In this document: one piece after another, positions 26,504 through 38,289 of the stretch | How positions within the stretch are numbered: position 1 is the stretch's first letter | How the letters are laid out: the number at the start of each line of letters is the position of its first letter | From: Vicugna vicugna | Taxonomy: Eukaryota | Assembly: GCA_013265495.1 (NCBI GenBank) | Contig: MU058844.1 | Span: 11,926,184 to 11,990,183, forward strand | Reading direction: 5' to 3' | Length of the DNA: 64,000 bases | Notes under the pieces: generated by a model | Database searches by the model: none | Seen by the model: only the letters and a program-made list of their open reading frames with translations | Told to the model about the DNA's origin: nothing | Position numbers and translations under genes: made by a program

Positions 26504-26665
26504 ACAGTTTGTTTCTCAAGTGTTGTCTGGGAACCATCTGCATCAGACTAACTTGTGAAAGTAAAAAAATATTCAGCTCTATTGATTTTGAATGCTTGAG
26601 AAAGGGATCTGAAAATCTATATTTTATCAAGCACCATAAATTATTCTGATACAGATAGCCCCTGA
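26504..26665. mobile_element. hAT-Charlie MITE (MER5-like)
   Basis: 'cagtttgtttctcaagtgttgtctgggaaccatctgcatcaga...gaaaatctatattttatcaagcacc...attctgat'. Confidence 0.65.
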
Positions 26666-27207
26666 AGAGCCTGAAAGGCTGAATGTTAACATACCTTGAA
26701 GTCTGAGGACTGCTTATCTGAGAGGGAAAAAACAGCTCAGGGTTGGCGATTATTCAATTTCATTTCAGAATGGCAAATGCGAAAAAAAAAAAAAAAACTA
26801 TGATCACATTAATTTTTTACATGATCATCACTCCTGGAGATGGAGACTACAACAAATATTTAGCCCTCCAAAATCTAATAGCTGACTTGGTGCTAATTAG
26901 TCCTACTGTGATTTCTGGAAAACATCGAAATACTCAAATGCATCATAAAAGTCCAGTAATACAAAACAGATGCATTACTTAAAATGTTGACTCCCCCTCC
27001 CCTTGTTTTAATTATTACCTTAAATAAAAACAGCTAAAATATGAATGACCTTTAGCAATGGTCATTCAGAAATGTTACCTTTATGATAAATCCTTACTTC
27101 CATTTAAGTTCCTATTCATTTTTGCTTATTACTACATCTAAACACCAGGAAAGTATTTCTACAATCAGCTCTCAGAGAAAAACATCTAAGTATAGTACAT
27201 TGCTACA

Positions 27208-27221
27208 GTTGCTAAGGTAAC
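27208..27221. promoter_or_regulatory. RFX X-box motif
   Basis: GTTGCTAAGGTAAC closely matches the X-box consensus GTNRCC(N)RGYAAC / GTTGCCATGGCAAC. Confidence 0.5.
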
Positions 27222-28224
27222 CACCATCTGCTAGTCCCTGAAAAGTTTTGAGTTCACAGGCATCTTAACCCACCTTTCTGAAACATCCAACGTAAAAGCC
27301 ACTGCCTAGAGAAATGTGCGCTCTCATGAATTGGTTACACATCTCAGACCAGACAGTGTATGGCATCAAAAGAGGTTGATATTTTTAGTTTAAAATTTTC
27401 ATCGCACTCCAGCCGTTGGTAGAAGACTAGATATGTTCTAAAATGAAATCTTGGATGAGCTCATCCTGATTCATTCAGCGATGTTAGCGTTGCTTTAGCC
27501 TGAACACTGGTATCTAATGTTGAGCTGAGATTTTTTTTTTTCCTGGCAGCAGATGTTCAAGACATGAGAAGAACATATTTTACTTGGAAAAGAAGCAGCA
27601 GTTTCAGCAGGAAATGTTATCTTTTTTAGACTCGTTAATACTTGGAAATAGTCTGCTCAGTGTGTTGAGATCTTCCATATTCCTAGTGGTAAGGTCTGTA
27701 ATGATGTTCTCAACTCCACCGCCTCCTTAACCCTTCTGTTATTCCTGCCTCAAATTCACCCCCATGATACACCTCCTGTTATTCTGATTTCAGCTGAGCA
27801 CTTTCAGAGAAAGGCATGGAGCTATGTAAATTTGGCCCACAGATAATTCAGATTTTCCAATTTCAGTTACCATCGTCCAACTTCATAGAAATCCTCTCGT
27901 TCACCCCTTATTGATTATACAGCACAGTGATCGCAGAAGTCAGCCATAACCTTCCTTGCCCCATGCCCACACATCCCAATTTCACTGAAATTTTCTGTTC
28001 TTTTACTGCCTCTCCTTCTTCATGACCCATCAGTCTTTAATATTCTCTACAGTCTAACTTCCATTAATGTCCTTCTACTGAAACTTCATTCTCTAAAATC
28101 ATGCAATTACAATAAACAGTTCTTGTAATAACTGTGCATAATGTGACTGGTTTTTAATAATACTTCACCCATGTTCCTGTCTGCTCTTCCTCTGTCTCCT
28201 TCACTTACTGATTCCTCAGTAAAA

Positions 28225-28470
28225 TTCAACTGAACAAACAGTCATTGTGTATCTACTATTTTCCTGTCATTAGACTTAGTCCTTAGCAGTGAAACAGCGA
28301 ACAAGATAACAAGGTCCTTATCCTCATGGTACCCACAGTCTACTGAGGAAAGCAGATAATGAAAAAGTAATCACAGTATTAAGAAAGAAGTAGCACCAGA
28401 TACACTGAGCACACATAGTGAGCGGGTCTAACCTAATCCAAGGGGTCAGGAGTGGTCTTCAAGAGGAAGA
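28225..28470 (-). mobile_element. L2 3' end
   Basis: 'aacaaacagtcattgtgtatctactat...aaggtccttatcctcatggtacccacagtctactgagg...ggggtcaggag'. Confidence 0.8.
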
Positions 28471-28707
28471 GCCTGAATCCTTCTAAATCAAAACACCATT
28501 CATACCATCTCTTAACTTGACATGGGCTTCATATAAATTTTTAGCAATGATAATTTTAAACATATTAATGTAGCTTTGAACTTTGTGGACCAGTAGTAAT
28601 TATGTGGGAGAAGCGAACTGGAAAGAAAATTTTGAGAAGAAAATGTAACGACTTAAATTTTCCACCTGTTAAAATTGAGCTTGTACATAGACTGTTTAAA
28701 TGGACAT

Positions 28708-28913
28708 CAGTGGGTTTCAACTTTCTATAATATTTATATTTCAGTGGATACAGTTTGAAGTGTTATATGACAGTATTATGTTAAATCAATATTTATGATT
28801 TGCCAAAAATGTTATCCTTATGTAGATACAATGAAAAAGTAAGATGTGGATTAAAGTACATTTTTATAAAAATCACTTTGAGGGGATACTCAGTCAAAAG
28901 GTTGAAAACCCTA
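28708..28913. mobile_element. hAT-Charlie-like MITE
   Basis: Imperfect terminal inverted repeats CAGTGGGTTTCAACTTT ... AAGGTTGAAAACCCTA around an AT-rich core. Confidence 0.6.
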
Positions 28914-29574
28914 TATGACATATTGATTTTTTTAAAGTTGTTATTATGCAATGAGGTGATATACAAGACTCTGTCCTGACCCTTAGGTAGCTTATAATCA
29001 AGACATTATTATGTCTTTAATACAGAGAACTTACTGACCTACATAAATTCATACTACTGTTCAGTGGGAGAGTCTAAGAACCCATTTTTTTCTTGTGATT
29101 ATTCCTTTTCACTATGCTAGGATGCTTCCATATGCTGTGTTTTTATTTGTTCATACCTGGCTATTCTGGGCAACTAAATAGTCCACTTAAAACTCTGGCA
29201 AACATAAGCTTGATTAATTAAATCTCTTTCATTATCTCTAGGCATTTCCTGGGTCTACTTCCCAACTCTGGCTTGTCAACAGATTCATACATGTGAGGTG
29301 TTTTTAGATTTTGAGTTCTCGGAAATGAGTTTGGGATGGACCCAGAAGTGGAAGGATAAAATGTTCCCTTAAGGACTTGTGGATAAGCGTGGGCTCTACA
29401 AAGCTTTCTTTCCTAAGTCCACACACACACAAACACACATCCATTCTCGTATGTGAACACCTAGTGTATCCAAATAATGAAGAACATCCCTCATAAAAAT
29501 CAAATAGCAGACCTAAGATAATAAAATGCACCAGGCCACTTCTTTCTGTTTTTGTAATTGATTATCTGTCATAG

Positions 29575-29624
29575 GAAAAAAAAAAAAGAGAGAGAGAGAG
29601 AAAGGGAGAGAGACAGAGAGACAG
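29575..29624. repeat. Poly-A followed by (GA)n
   Basis: aaaaaaaaaaaagagagagagagagaaagggagagagacagagagacag. Confidence 0.9.
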
Positions 29625-29731
29625 AACACTGCTCATCAACTGCTCATGTCCTTCCAGCCTGGAGGTATAAAATTAGAGAACTGGGCTAACCAGAGATAAG
29701 ACCCAGAAAATGTCAATAAGAAAAATCAAAT

Positions 29732-29830
29732 TTTGTACACTTATAGATCAAATCATTATATTGTATACGTGAAACTTATGCAATGTTACATGTCAACTAC
29801 ATCTCAATAAAACTGGACAAAAGTAAAAAG
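29732..29830 (+). mobile_element. L1 extreme 3' end fragment
   Basis: 'caaatcattatattgtatacgtgaaacttatgcaatgttacatgtcaactacatctcaataaaactgga'. Confidence 0.75.
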
Positions 29831-30154
29831 AACATTTTGTAAACCGACTGAAGTGTGCATATGTTAATACTTGCAGGAAATTATGGATTCAGTCAATACA
29901 AGAGGCACCATGGCTGATGGGATAATGAAGATGCATGGGCTGTTACGGAAAAGAGACCCCACTAAGAGGCAATATTGTGTTTTAGACATGCACACACTAT
30001 TAAATTTGTTTCTTCTTTTTTAAAATTCTCTTACAACCCTATGTTTGTATATTACAAGATAAATCTTAAATTAGAAAAGAACTGAGATTCGAAAACTCCA
30101 TTAGAGCATTTATGGACAGCTGTTTTAAGGGAGTAAACATCAGAAATAGAGAAA

Positions 30155-30340
30155 TAGGCAGTAATGTGGATTAAGAGCTTGTTATGAAGTCAGATGGATC
30201 TGGTTCAAATACTGGCTTCCCTCTACCACATGCTTATGATCTGCCATAAGTTTTTCAGCCATCTAAGCACACTGTTATCATCTATAAGCAGGGATAATAA
30301 TACAATGAAATACTACATGGAAAGTACTCTGCACTCGTGG
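30155..30340 (+). mobile_element. MIR SINE
   Basis: 'gtggattaagagcttg...gaagtcagatggatctggttcaaatactggcttcc...catctataagcagggataataata'. Confidence 0.8.
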
Positions 30341-31179
30341 ATGTTATGTGTGGACTCCTCACTGATTTCTGAGGCTTAAAATAGCCTTACAAATTAAAGT
30401 CTGGTAATTCAAATATTACACATATATAAAAGGTATAAAACACACTTTTTAAAAAAGAGCCAAACTACACAACCAACTTAAGAACTTTAGAACAAAGTCT
30501 CTGATTTTAATGCAAAAAAAACAAAACCAAAACAAACAAACAAGAACTTTGGCAATCAATATGGCTAAGCCTAATCATTACGGTAGATTTCAGATACTCA
30601 TGTATCAGGGCTCAAAGAGGAGGAAGAGGAATTCCACACTTAGATAAATTAATCTCTCGCCGATTATTTATTGACTTTAAAAACTAGACATTGTGTTTAG
30701 TTGGCAATGTTAAAAAGACACTACGAGCAAGCAATGGCTCTATGCCTACAGTAAACACTGTCAAAGTCTTCTCAAGTTTCTTAAGTATTCTAAATGACAA
30801 GAGTGCAGGGAAGCAAAATATATTCAACATGTCTGAATTCTTCTATTTATAAACTGTTATGTATAATATATATACATTATGTATAAACAACTTTTAAAGT
30901 GTGTTCATGGGTCCTGCTCTCTAGTAGGCTGAAAGACTATAGAGAGCAGTTTAAAAAACACTGAAACTGATTATCTTAAATGAGGTTTGAAACAGACTGG
31001 CAATGACCTGACAAAAGCCATTTTTAAGAGTCCTTTGAGACTTCCTCAGAGTGGAGAGGTGACTCTTCAGGGCCGTCCCAAAAGGCTCTTGGGAAGTGAA
31101 AAGATGTTGCATGTGGCAGTTGAATAGGAAGGATAAAAGTGGATAGGATGGCAATGTACAAATGGATATAGAAACAACG

Positions 31180-31204
31180 GTGTGTGTGTGTGTGTGTGTG
31201 TGTG
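31180..31204. repeat. (TG)n microsatellite
   Basis: gtgtgtgtgtgtgtgtgtgtgtgtg. Confidence 0.95.
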
Positions 31205-31306
31205 GTGGCGGAGTAGGGGGTGTATGTTAACAAGTAGGCTAGAGAATCTGTCACTGAAGATACTGAATGAACAAAGACAGGAAGTTAAGAGTTTAACATC
31301 TGACAA

Positions 31307-31338
31307 TGCAGTTAGACAAATCTACCAGCAGATGGCAC
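31307..31338 (+). promoter_or_regulatory. CTCF binding site (core plus upstream module)
   Basis: Core CCAGCAGATGGCAC (31325-31338) fits CCASYAGRKGGCRS fully. TGCAGT at 31307 lies at the expected upstream-motif spacing. Confidence 0.6.
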
Positions 31339-31565
31339 ACTTGTCAGGAAACCTGTTTCACTGCACTAAAGAATTGCTCAGACTACGAATTTCATGGCGT
31401 GTCACAACACACATTGCTTCTAGGAAGCACAGCGAAAAGATGTACGCATGTTTACATACTGGAATTCTTCAATAACCCATTCATAATCATTTTTCACTTA
31501 GAGCAGAGGAAGAATAGTAGGCTCTACATAAGTACAAAGTAATTCTAATTAAGAATTCCAGCTTC

Positions 31566-32945
31566 AGAATCTTGAAAAGGAATAATGAAATTAGAGGATT
31601 AACATCGTCTGATTCTAAGACTTAACTCTAATGCTAAAATAATAACAGTCTGGTACTGGCATAGAGACAAAAAGATCAATGGAACAGAGTACAGAATCCA
31701 TAAATGACCCAAATGACTTTTGATAAAGGTTTTAATGGAATTCGGTAGGGAAAAAAAAAAAGTCTTTCCAACATAATTTGCTAGATTAAATATTTATCTG
31801 TATAAAAAAAAACTGAACCTTGATTCATACTTCTAGCCACATGTGAAAATTAATTTAGTTAATTGGGCCTGGATTACAAACCTAAATGTAAAAGCCATAC
31901 TATACAGTTCACTGAAAAAAAACATAGGAAATTATCTTTGTGATCAATTAGAAAGATTTTTTTAAACAGAACAACAAAAAAGAATAACCATAAAATAAAT
32001 TATAATAAATATGATTTCAAACTTAAAACTTCTGCACCTCGAAAGACACCATTAAGAAAATGAGAAGGCAAACCACAAAATGAGAAAATATTCACAGTGC
32101 ATAAATCAGACACTTGTGCCCAGATTATCTAAATATTACCTACAAATAAATAATGGTGATGATGATCTAACAAGTTAGTTAAAAAAGGGCAAAGGACTTG
32201 ACACTTCAGAAAAGAGTATATTGGAATACCAGCAAACACATGAAAACATGTGCCTCAGAGAAGTGCAAATAAAAATCACAAGATATCACTTCACATTCAT
32301 TAGAAGGACTAAAGTTAAAAAGCAATAGCATTTAATGTGGGAGAGAGCAATATTACTGGTCAAAGTAGAAAGTTCCTCAACATCTGTGGAAAATCATGAG
32401 GCAGGTTCTTATAAAATTATACACATAACTACCTTATGATCCATTCACTCCAGTCCTATGTATTTACCCAAAATAAATACAAACATGTCTCCCCAAGTAT
32501 TATTCACAAATATTCATGGTGATCTTATTCTTAAAACTGTAAACAATTCAGATATCCATCAACAGGAGAAGGAGCAGACAACTGTAACATAACACAGTCA
32601 TACAATGGGACATTATTCAGCGACAATAAAGAATAAACTTCTGATGCAGGGTAAATGGACGAATCTCAAAAACTTTATGCTTAGGAGAACTCAGACATAA
32701 AAACATACCTACTATATAACCCATTGTTGCAATGTTCCAGAACAAACAAAATCGTTCTATGAAGCAAGAAATCAGAGGAAGCACTGCCTTGGGAGAGAAT
32801 GAGATAAACTGGAAAGATGGCAACGCTATGTATCCTGATGGGGGTTTTGGTTACATGGGTACACACATTTATCAAAACTCATTAAACTACATGTAAGATC
32901 TGTGAATCTCACTGTTTGAAACTATACCACCAAGAAACGGAGAAA
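31566..32945 (+). mobile_element. Ancient L1 (ORF2 3' part plus L1ME/MC-type 3' UTR)
   Basis: 'acagtctggtactggcatagagac...gatcaatggaacagagtacagaatcc', 'cttaaaacttctgcacctcgaaagacacc', UTR 'catttatcaaaactcattaaact'. Confidence 0.88.
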
Positions 32946-33089
32946 ATACCCAACTAAACAGAACACCTGGTATCAGAAACCTACTGAGGAAAAGAAGTTA
33001 GTCATTTAACATGTTACACTGTTATTTCTTACCTCTTCTCTACTGCAAATGGCACTCATGTGCAGGCAGATACCTGATGCTCGCACCGC

Positions 33090-33865
33090 CTCTACACTGA
33101 CTGTTTCTTCTCCATCCACTTGACTCTGACCTTCTTCCCATCAATCCACAGACACTATGGTACTTCAAGTCAGCAACTGCCTCTGGTTATTGAAGCTTAT
33201 AGGTGTATACACCACTCCTTATCCTACTGGACTTTCCAATGTCATTTGACACCGTTGACCATTCTTTCCTTCTAAAAGACATCTCTTCCTTGTCTTTTCT
33301 GACCCTGTCTTTTCCTGCTTCCTCTACACCTCTCAGGCTGCTGCTTCTCTTATTTTCCCAACAGTTCCTCCACTTCCTCCACTGGTTGGCTTTCCTCAGG
33401 TTTCAATCTCTAGCTTTCTCTTCTCACACTGTACCCTTTTGCTGAGTAGTCTCCTTCACCATCCTGGAGTGAACAATCATTTAAAATGGATAACTCTTAG
33501 ATTTTTTTTTTAAACTGCCCTTTGGGTCTCTCTCCTGAGCCCCAGACTCATACACTTCCCTCCTACAAGTGAAAAAAACTCAACAGGACCCAAAAGGAAC
33601 TAAACGTCCTATTCACCTTGTATGTGTTCTGTCTTAGAGAATGGCATCAATTTCTACCCATTCATTGGTAAGTTCTCCCAAAGACTCAACCTCTCATTCA
33701 TCTCATCATATCCATTCAACACCAATAGCTATCAAGCCTCGTCCCAATACCATCCTATCCTTCATCGTTTCCCCAGACTCTCCAGGGGTGCCCTCACACA
33801 AGCAGAGGCCTTCACCATCTCTTACTTAGACTACTGTCATGTTCAAATGCACCAACCATCTCAGT
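33090..33865 (+). mobile_element. L2 fragment including RT-coding remnant
   Basis: Translation LLILLDFPMSFDTVDHSFLL matches the L2/CR1-clade RT motif LxLLDLSAAFDTVDH. Pyrimidine-rich L2 body follows. Confidence 0.85.
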
Positions 33866-33964
33866 AATACTGCAATTTAAAAGAGCTAAATACAAAGTCC
33901 TGAATGGGGGTTAAAAACAAAGAAAAAGAGCCAGAGCTAGGGAACTACAAATTCAAATGAGTTA

Positions 33965-34450
33965 ACATTGAATAGTAACTGCTCAGAAGTCTAATATAGA
34001 CACAATCATATTTAATATGCCTTTGTTCACAAGTAAAAGAATGCAAATCCAAACCATTTTTTAATAAGTTTTGGAATCACTTAAAAGATAATGAGATACT
34101 TAAGGAATCTCAAAGGAAGCAGGACCTCAAGAAACTCTAGAAACAGAAGCCAGAAAGCCTTCAGGAATCTGGGCACACTGTCCTCATCTCCTCTCCCCTT
34201 CCTCTCTGTCCTTCTGTTTACTTCTGATCTCTCTGGGACTAGCTTTCCCTACTTCCTAGGGTACCATCTGGCCTAAGATGGCTGGGGTACCGCTCCTGCA
34301 TTTTTACAAATCTCTTAATTCTAACCATGTAAAGAGACTGACTAGAATCAAATTATTTAAAAAATCCTGAGAAAGAGGGGGAGCCACAAAAACAGACCCA
34401 CCCACATCAATGAAAGGGTTGTTAGAAAACAGAAAGCTGTGCCAACCAAT
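33965..34450 (-). mobile_element. Very old MLT1-type LTR (tentative)
   Basis: 'ctttgttcacaagtaaaagaatgcaaatccaaacc...aagatggctggg' pattern resembles reverse MLT1J/K. Confidence 0.35.
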
Positions 34451-35327
34451 GAAACAAGTGAATACCAGCTAGCACTCTGCAGGAGCTTGGAGGGACTCCG
34501 TGAAAGAAGGAAGGGATTCCTACGTCCCCAAAAAGAAAACAGCAAAGGCATGACACTCATAGTCATGACATTGAGTTATTAAAGAAAGAAACACAATGCT
34601 TACTTAGTACATTCTATTTTCTGAATTAGATGCCTGCAATACTAAAGATTTCCATAGAAACAATGACTCCTATGAAGACACGTTAAAGCACACATGGTAA
34701 GTTTGTGTTTAAACTTCAGTTATGAGGAAAGTTCATTTATCCATTCCTCTGGTATGCTGAATGGCTTGAGGCATTTTGCTTCCAATCCTTTCCCAAATAA
34801 GGCTAATTATACATTTTTAGAATACATTACTGGATGACTCTATCGGCTTCCTTCTAATCTCCCACTTCCATGTGTCTACCAGCTCCATCCTTTTCTATTT
34901 ACTGGAGTTTGTATGTGCTTAATTTATTTATAAATCTATCTCAAATGTCAGTTCCTTAAAACAGAAGCTAAATTGTCAGATTCTTAGCAGTAAATCGATG
35001 CCAATAAGGCATAATATCAGAGCCTGCTACTTCCCCCTTTAGAAAATCACGCTATTTAGCAATCTTAAAGTTAGAAGAAACAAAATATCCCACATTTAAT
35101 TTAAATTTGTGAGAAGCAACAAACAACAACTATCTATCTACTTACTGTAAGAAAATTAACCAGTGACTAGAAAATAAGTATTGGCAGTGTTAGGGTAATA
35201 CCTTAAAATTTTAAAACATTATTTTGTATCATTTTTATTGTAGAACAGTGAAATGTACTTGCTACATTAGGCAGGTTGTTCAGCCCTATAAAACAGTTTG
35301 GCTCCAAAACACATCCATTTATGTACT

Positions 35328-35548
35328 AGTAACAGTAGCAGCAGCTGCCAGCCTTCCTGGCACGCTTGCTGATTGCTGAGTGATACACTAATTACTCCAT
35401 TCACACATCTCATTTATCTCATCAGCAATCCTATGCAGGCACCAAAATATTCCCATTTTACAGATGAGGCAGTGAGGTTTAGAGTAATTAAGGGACTTGA
35501 GAGAGAGCTAATGAGTGGAATCAGGATTAGGAGGCAAATCCCTCAGCC
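35328..35548 (-). mobile_element. MIR SINE
   Basis: 'catctcatttatctcatcagcaatcctatgcagg...cccattttacagatgaggcagtgaggtttagag'. Confidence 0.85.
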
Positions 35549-35693
35549 CCTATCTGGCTACACAATTTCCTGAACCCAGTCCAAAATGAAAACATGGGGC
35601 TGTTGTTAAAAAATTATTAAAAATTTTAAGATGGCCACAGTAGAGCATTAAACCAAGTGTGGGCTCTTCTAAGCATCCCAAGAGTCAGTCCTG
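35549..35693 (-). mobile_element. MER45A-like hAT-Tip100 MITE (internally deleted)
   Basis: 'ggctacacaattt...cccagtccaaaatgaaaac...aattttaagatggccacagtagagcattaaaccaag...cctg'. 8-bp TSD CCTCAGCC/CCTCTGCT. Confidence 0.85.
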
Positions 35694-37390
35694 CCTCTGC
35701 TCCATCAGATCACAAAAAGTGTGAAATTCTATTTTTTTAAAAAACAATTTAAATTATATTCTTTAAAGAATAAGCCTTTGTAACAGCTAATTAGCCGATT
35801 ATAAACTAAGACTCAGAATTCGTCTTACAGGCTGTGCCTAGATACACTCAATAAAGATTTGTTGAATAAATAAACTGACTTCTTGGCCTCAAACTGAACC
35901 CCTCTCTTCAATAACTCATGCTGAAAATGCCTCTGGTTAAACATGGGGATGGGTTAAAAAAAGATAAATGGCTCATTAGGAATCCATCCACACCACTGGG
36001 AGAAACATTTCATGTTCCATTTGTGCTGGTTTGGGAGTTTTTATGACTGTAAAGAAGCTATTTTAAAATCTAATTATCATTTCTATCCAGAGTTGACATT
36101 TAAATTCTGTGGCTTTAAGTGAAGCTTAAAGAATGCACTCCTTACTTCCCCACCCCCAATACTCACCACCCTCATCCCACCCTCAAGCCCCTAACTTTCC
36201 CTAATAAACAGTTTACCAGCAGAAGGGAAAGTAATCCTTTCTCCTGCCTCGTGTGTATCGTGAAGGACAATGTGATCGATATGTATACTCAAAAGACATT
36301 AAAGGGTCAGGTTTGCAAGCCCACCAGAGGAGGTCTGACAACAGGAAAGAAAGACCACTCCTTTCTAATCCTGGGGGATTATGGGAAGGAGAAAAAAAAA
36401 AAAAAACAACGTAAGACATGCTTGTTGGCTCTGTAGGGGGAACACCGAAGACAGCACATCCCTCTGCCTGAAAGAGGTCATGGGCAAATGCCACCTTGTA
36501 GGCTCCCCTTTGTTGAGTAAGGGAGCCAAGATATCAAGGTGGCAGAGTCCTGTCAGGCAGAGGATGACCTTAAAGCTAGCAGTCGGAAGTTGCTTCCCAC
36601 GTCAAGTTGATGATGTGTTAGAACCAGTGGGTTTACCACTGACCCCTCTTGGTGAGTGAGGAGCTACGGAAACTCCTAGGCCAGGAGATAAATGGAGGAC
36701 AAAAGAGAGTCTAGAGGTCTACATGACAAGCCACTCAGATTGTTGAGGACCAAAGTACAGAACAGCAGAGTATGCTTCAACCAGGGAGATCCAAGGACAG
36801 AAACTTGGAGGCTTTGGGAGTGAAAATCAGCTAGTATACAGATACACACAAGGACCAGTGTGAGAGTGGCCCCTCCACCCTCCTGTGACCTCAGGTCTTA
36901 ATAGGCACAACCTTTCCAGAACGCTCACCCTCAGACAGCTGGATGCCATAGTAGAAAGGGAAGAAGGTTAAGAGGGAGATGCTTCGAGGAGCACCTTTTT
37001 ATCTAAATGAGAGGCTGAGGTTTAACAACTGACACTGTTTAAATGTGCAAATGGGACACATTTTAATGGTACCAATGTGATGGTGAGTTTTATGTGTCAA
37101 CTTGGCTAGGCTAGAGTTCCCAGTTATTCAAACACTAACCTAGGTGTTGCTGTGAAGGTATTTTTGGATATGATTAAAATCCATAATCAACAAACTTTTA
37201 GTCAGGGGGACTTTCCTAGATATTCTGGGTGGGCCTTTCAGTTGATAGGTCTTGAAAGCAGAGAAGGAAATTCAGCCCTTGGGCAGCAGCTTCAGCTCCT
37301 CCCAAGCGTTCCAGCCTGCCCTGTGGATGTGTCTATGGACTCGCCTAGCTTGTCCCCACAACTGTGTGAGCCAGTTACACTTACAATAAA

Positions 37391-37430
37391 TTTTTTTTCC
37401 CCTTAGATGGCAGGAGATAATTAGGTCTAT

Positions 37431-37503
<73 letters not shown>

Positions 37504-37579
37504 TAAGAGGGACTGGGGATTGAATTCAGGACCTCATGCATCCTAAGCATGTGCTCTACCACTGAGCTATACCCTCCCC
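37391..37579 (-). mobile_element. tRNA-derived SINE, camelid Vic-1-like, with expanded (TAAA)n
   Basis: Minus strand reads GGGGAGGGTATAGCTCAGTGGTAGAGCACATGCTTAGGATGCATGAGGTCCTGAATTCAATCCCCAG (A and B boxes), then (TAAA)n, CCTAATTATCTCC and an A-tail. ACAATAA is duplicated on both flanks. Confidence 0.9.
37428..37502. repeat. (TTTA)n tetranucleotide microsatellite
   Basis: Long near-perfect run inside the SINE. Confidence 0.97.
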
Positions 37580-37764
37580 ACCACAATAACTCTCTTAATA
37601 CATATCTCCTATTATTTCTGTTACTCTGGCTGAATTCGGACTGATCACAATCAAATAACCACAAAGAAAGCCAAAATAATGCTGAAATATGTAAATATTG
37701 TATTTTTTCTTCACATCTGGCTTGTAGCAGGAGTAATTTAATATGTGTAAATAAGACTTGCATA

Positions 37765-38095
37765 CCTCTTTGCCTGAAATGCATTTATCCTATTCTCTGC
37801 CCGTCTAGTCCCAATCTAAAGATCTATTTCTCTCAGGAATGCTTTCTTTGACTGCCCATCAAATTCAGGTCCTGCTGTTAAATATGCTCATGACACCTGT
37901 TCTTCTCATGAAGCACTTTATTAAAATTGAAATTAATGTTTAATTACTTGATATTCACTTGTCTTCCCCTCTAAAGTTTAAACTCTATGAAGACAGAGGC
38001 CGGGTTTGACTTGGTCACCAATATATCCTCACTAACAAGCGCACTGCCAGGGACATATAGTGGATGCTCAGTATTAGCTGAATGAATGCATGGGT
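37765..38095 (+). mobile_element. L2 3' end
   Basis: 'tgtcttcccctctaaagtttaaactctatgaagacagagg...gcactgccagggacatatagtggatgctcagtattagctgaatgaatg'. Confidence 0.82.
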
Positions 38096-38289
38096 ATCAA
38101 TAGATACAGAATTTTAAAAACACCCTGCATTCCAAATTTGAGTATACTCTAAGAATATCTGCATTTGGTAGTTTACCCTTAGCTATATCTTTCAAAGAAC
38201 ACTTGTGTAGGATTCAGAATGTGGAATTTAGGGGTAAGAAATGCCGGTGTTATGAGCTTTGCCTGTGCAAGAGGCCCACTGAACATCAC

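Larger units (their letters stand above)
37076..37649 (+). mobile_element. ERVL solo LTR (MLT2D-like)
   Basis: Starts TGTGATGGTGAGTTTTATGTGTCAACTTGGCTAGG and ends ...GACTGATCACA. 5-bp TSD ACCAA/ATCAA. Confidence 0.92.
36423..37750 (+). mobile_element. Ancient Gypsy-like (MamGypLTR/LTR8x-type) LTR, split by the MLT2 insertion
   Basis: G-rich LTR-like body at 36.4-37.07 kb ('gtcggaagttgcttccc', 'ggctgaggtttaacaactgacactgttt'). It resumes after 37655 with 'tttcttcacatctggcttgtag...gtaatt'. Confidence 0.4.

Noticed and set aside
30951..31154. Peptide LRKSQRTLKNGFCQVIASLFQ loosely resembling an F-BAR N-terminus
   Set aside because: The similarity is short and vague, the splice donor is weak, and no other matching exons were found.
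33203..33445. ORF with a reverse-transcriptase motif
   Set aside because: It is an L2 LINE relic. The frame degenerates right after the motif.
37505..37579. tRNA gene (A and B boxes on the minus strand)
   Set aside because: It is the head of a SINE, followed by (TAAA)n, a SINE tail and a TSD, and its B box is mutated.
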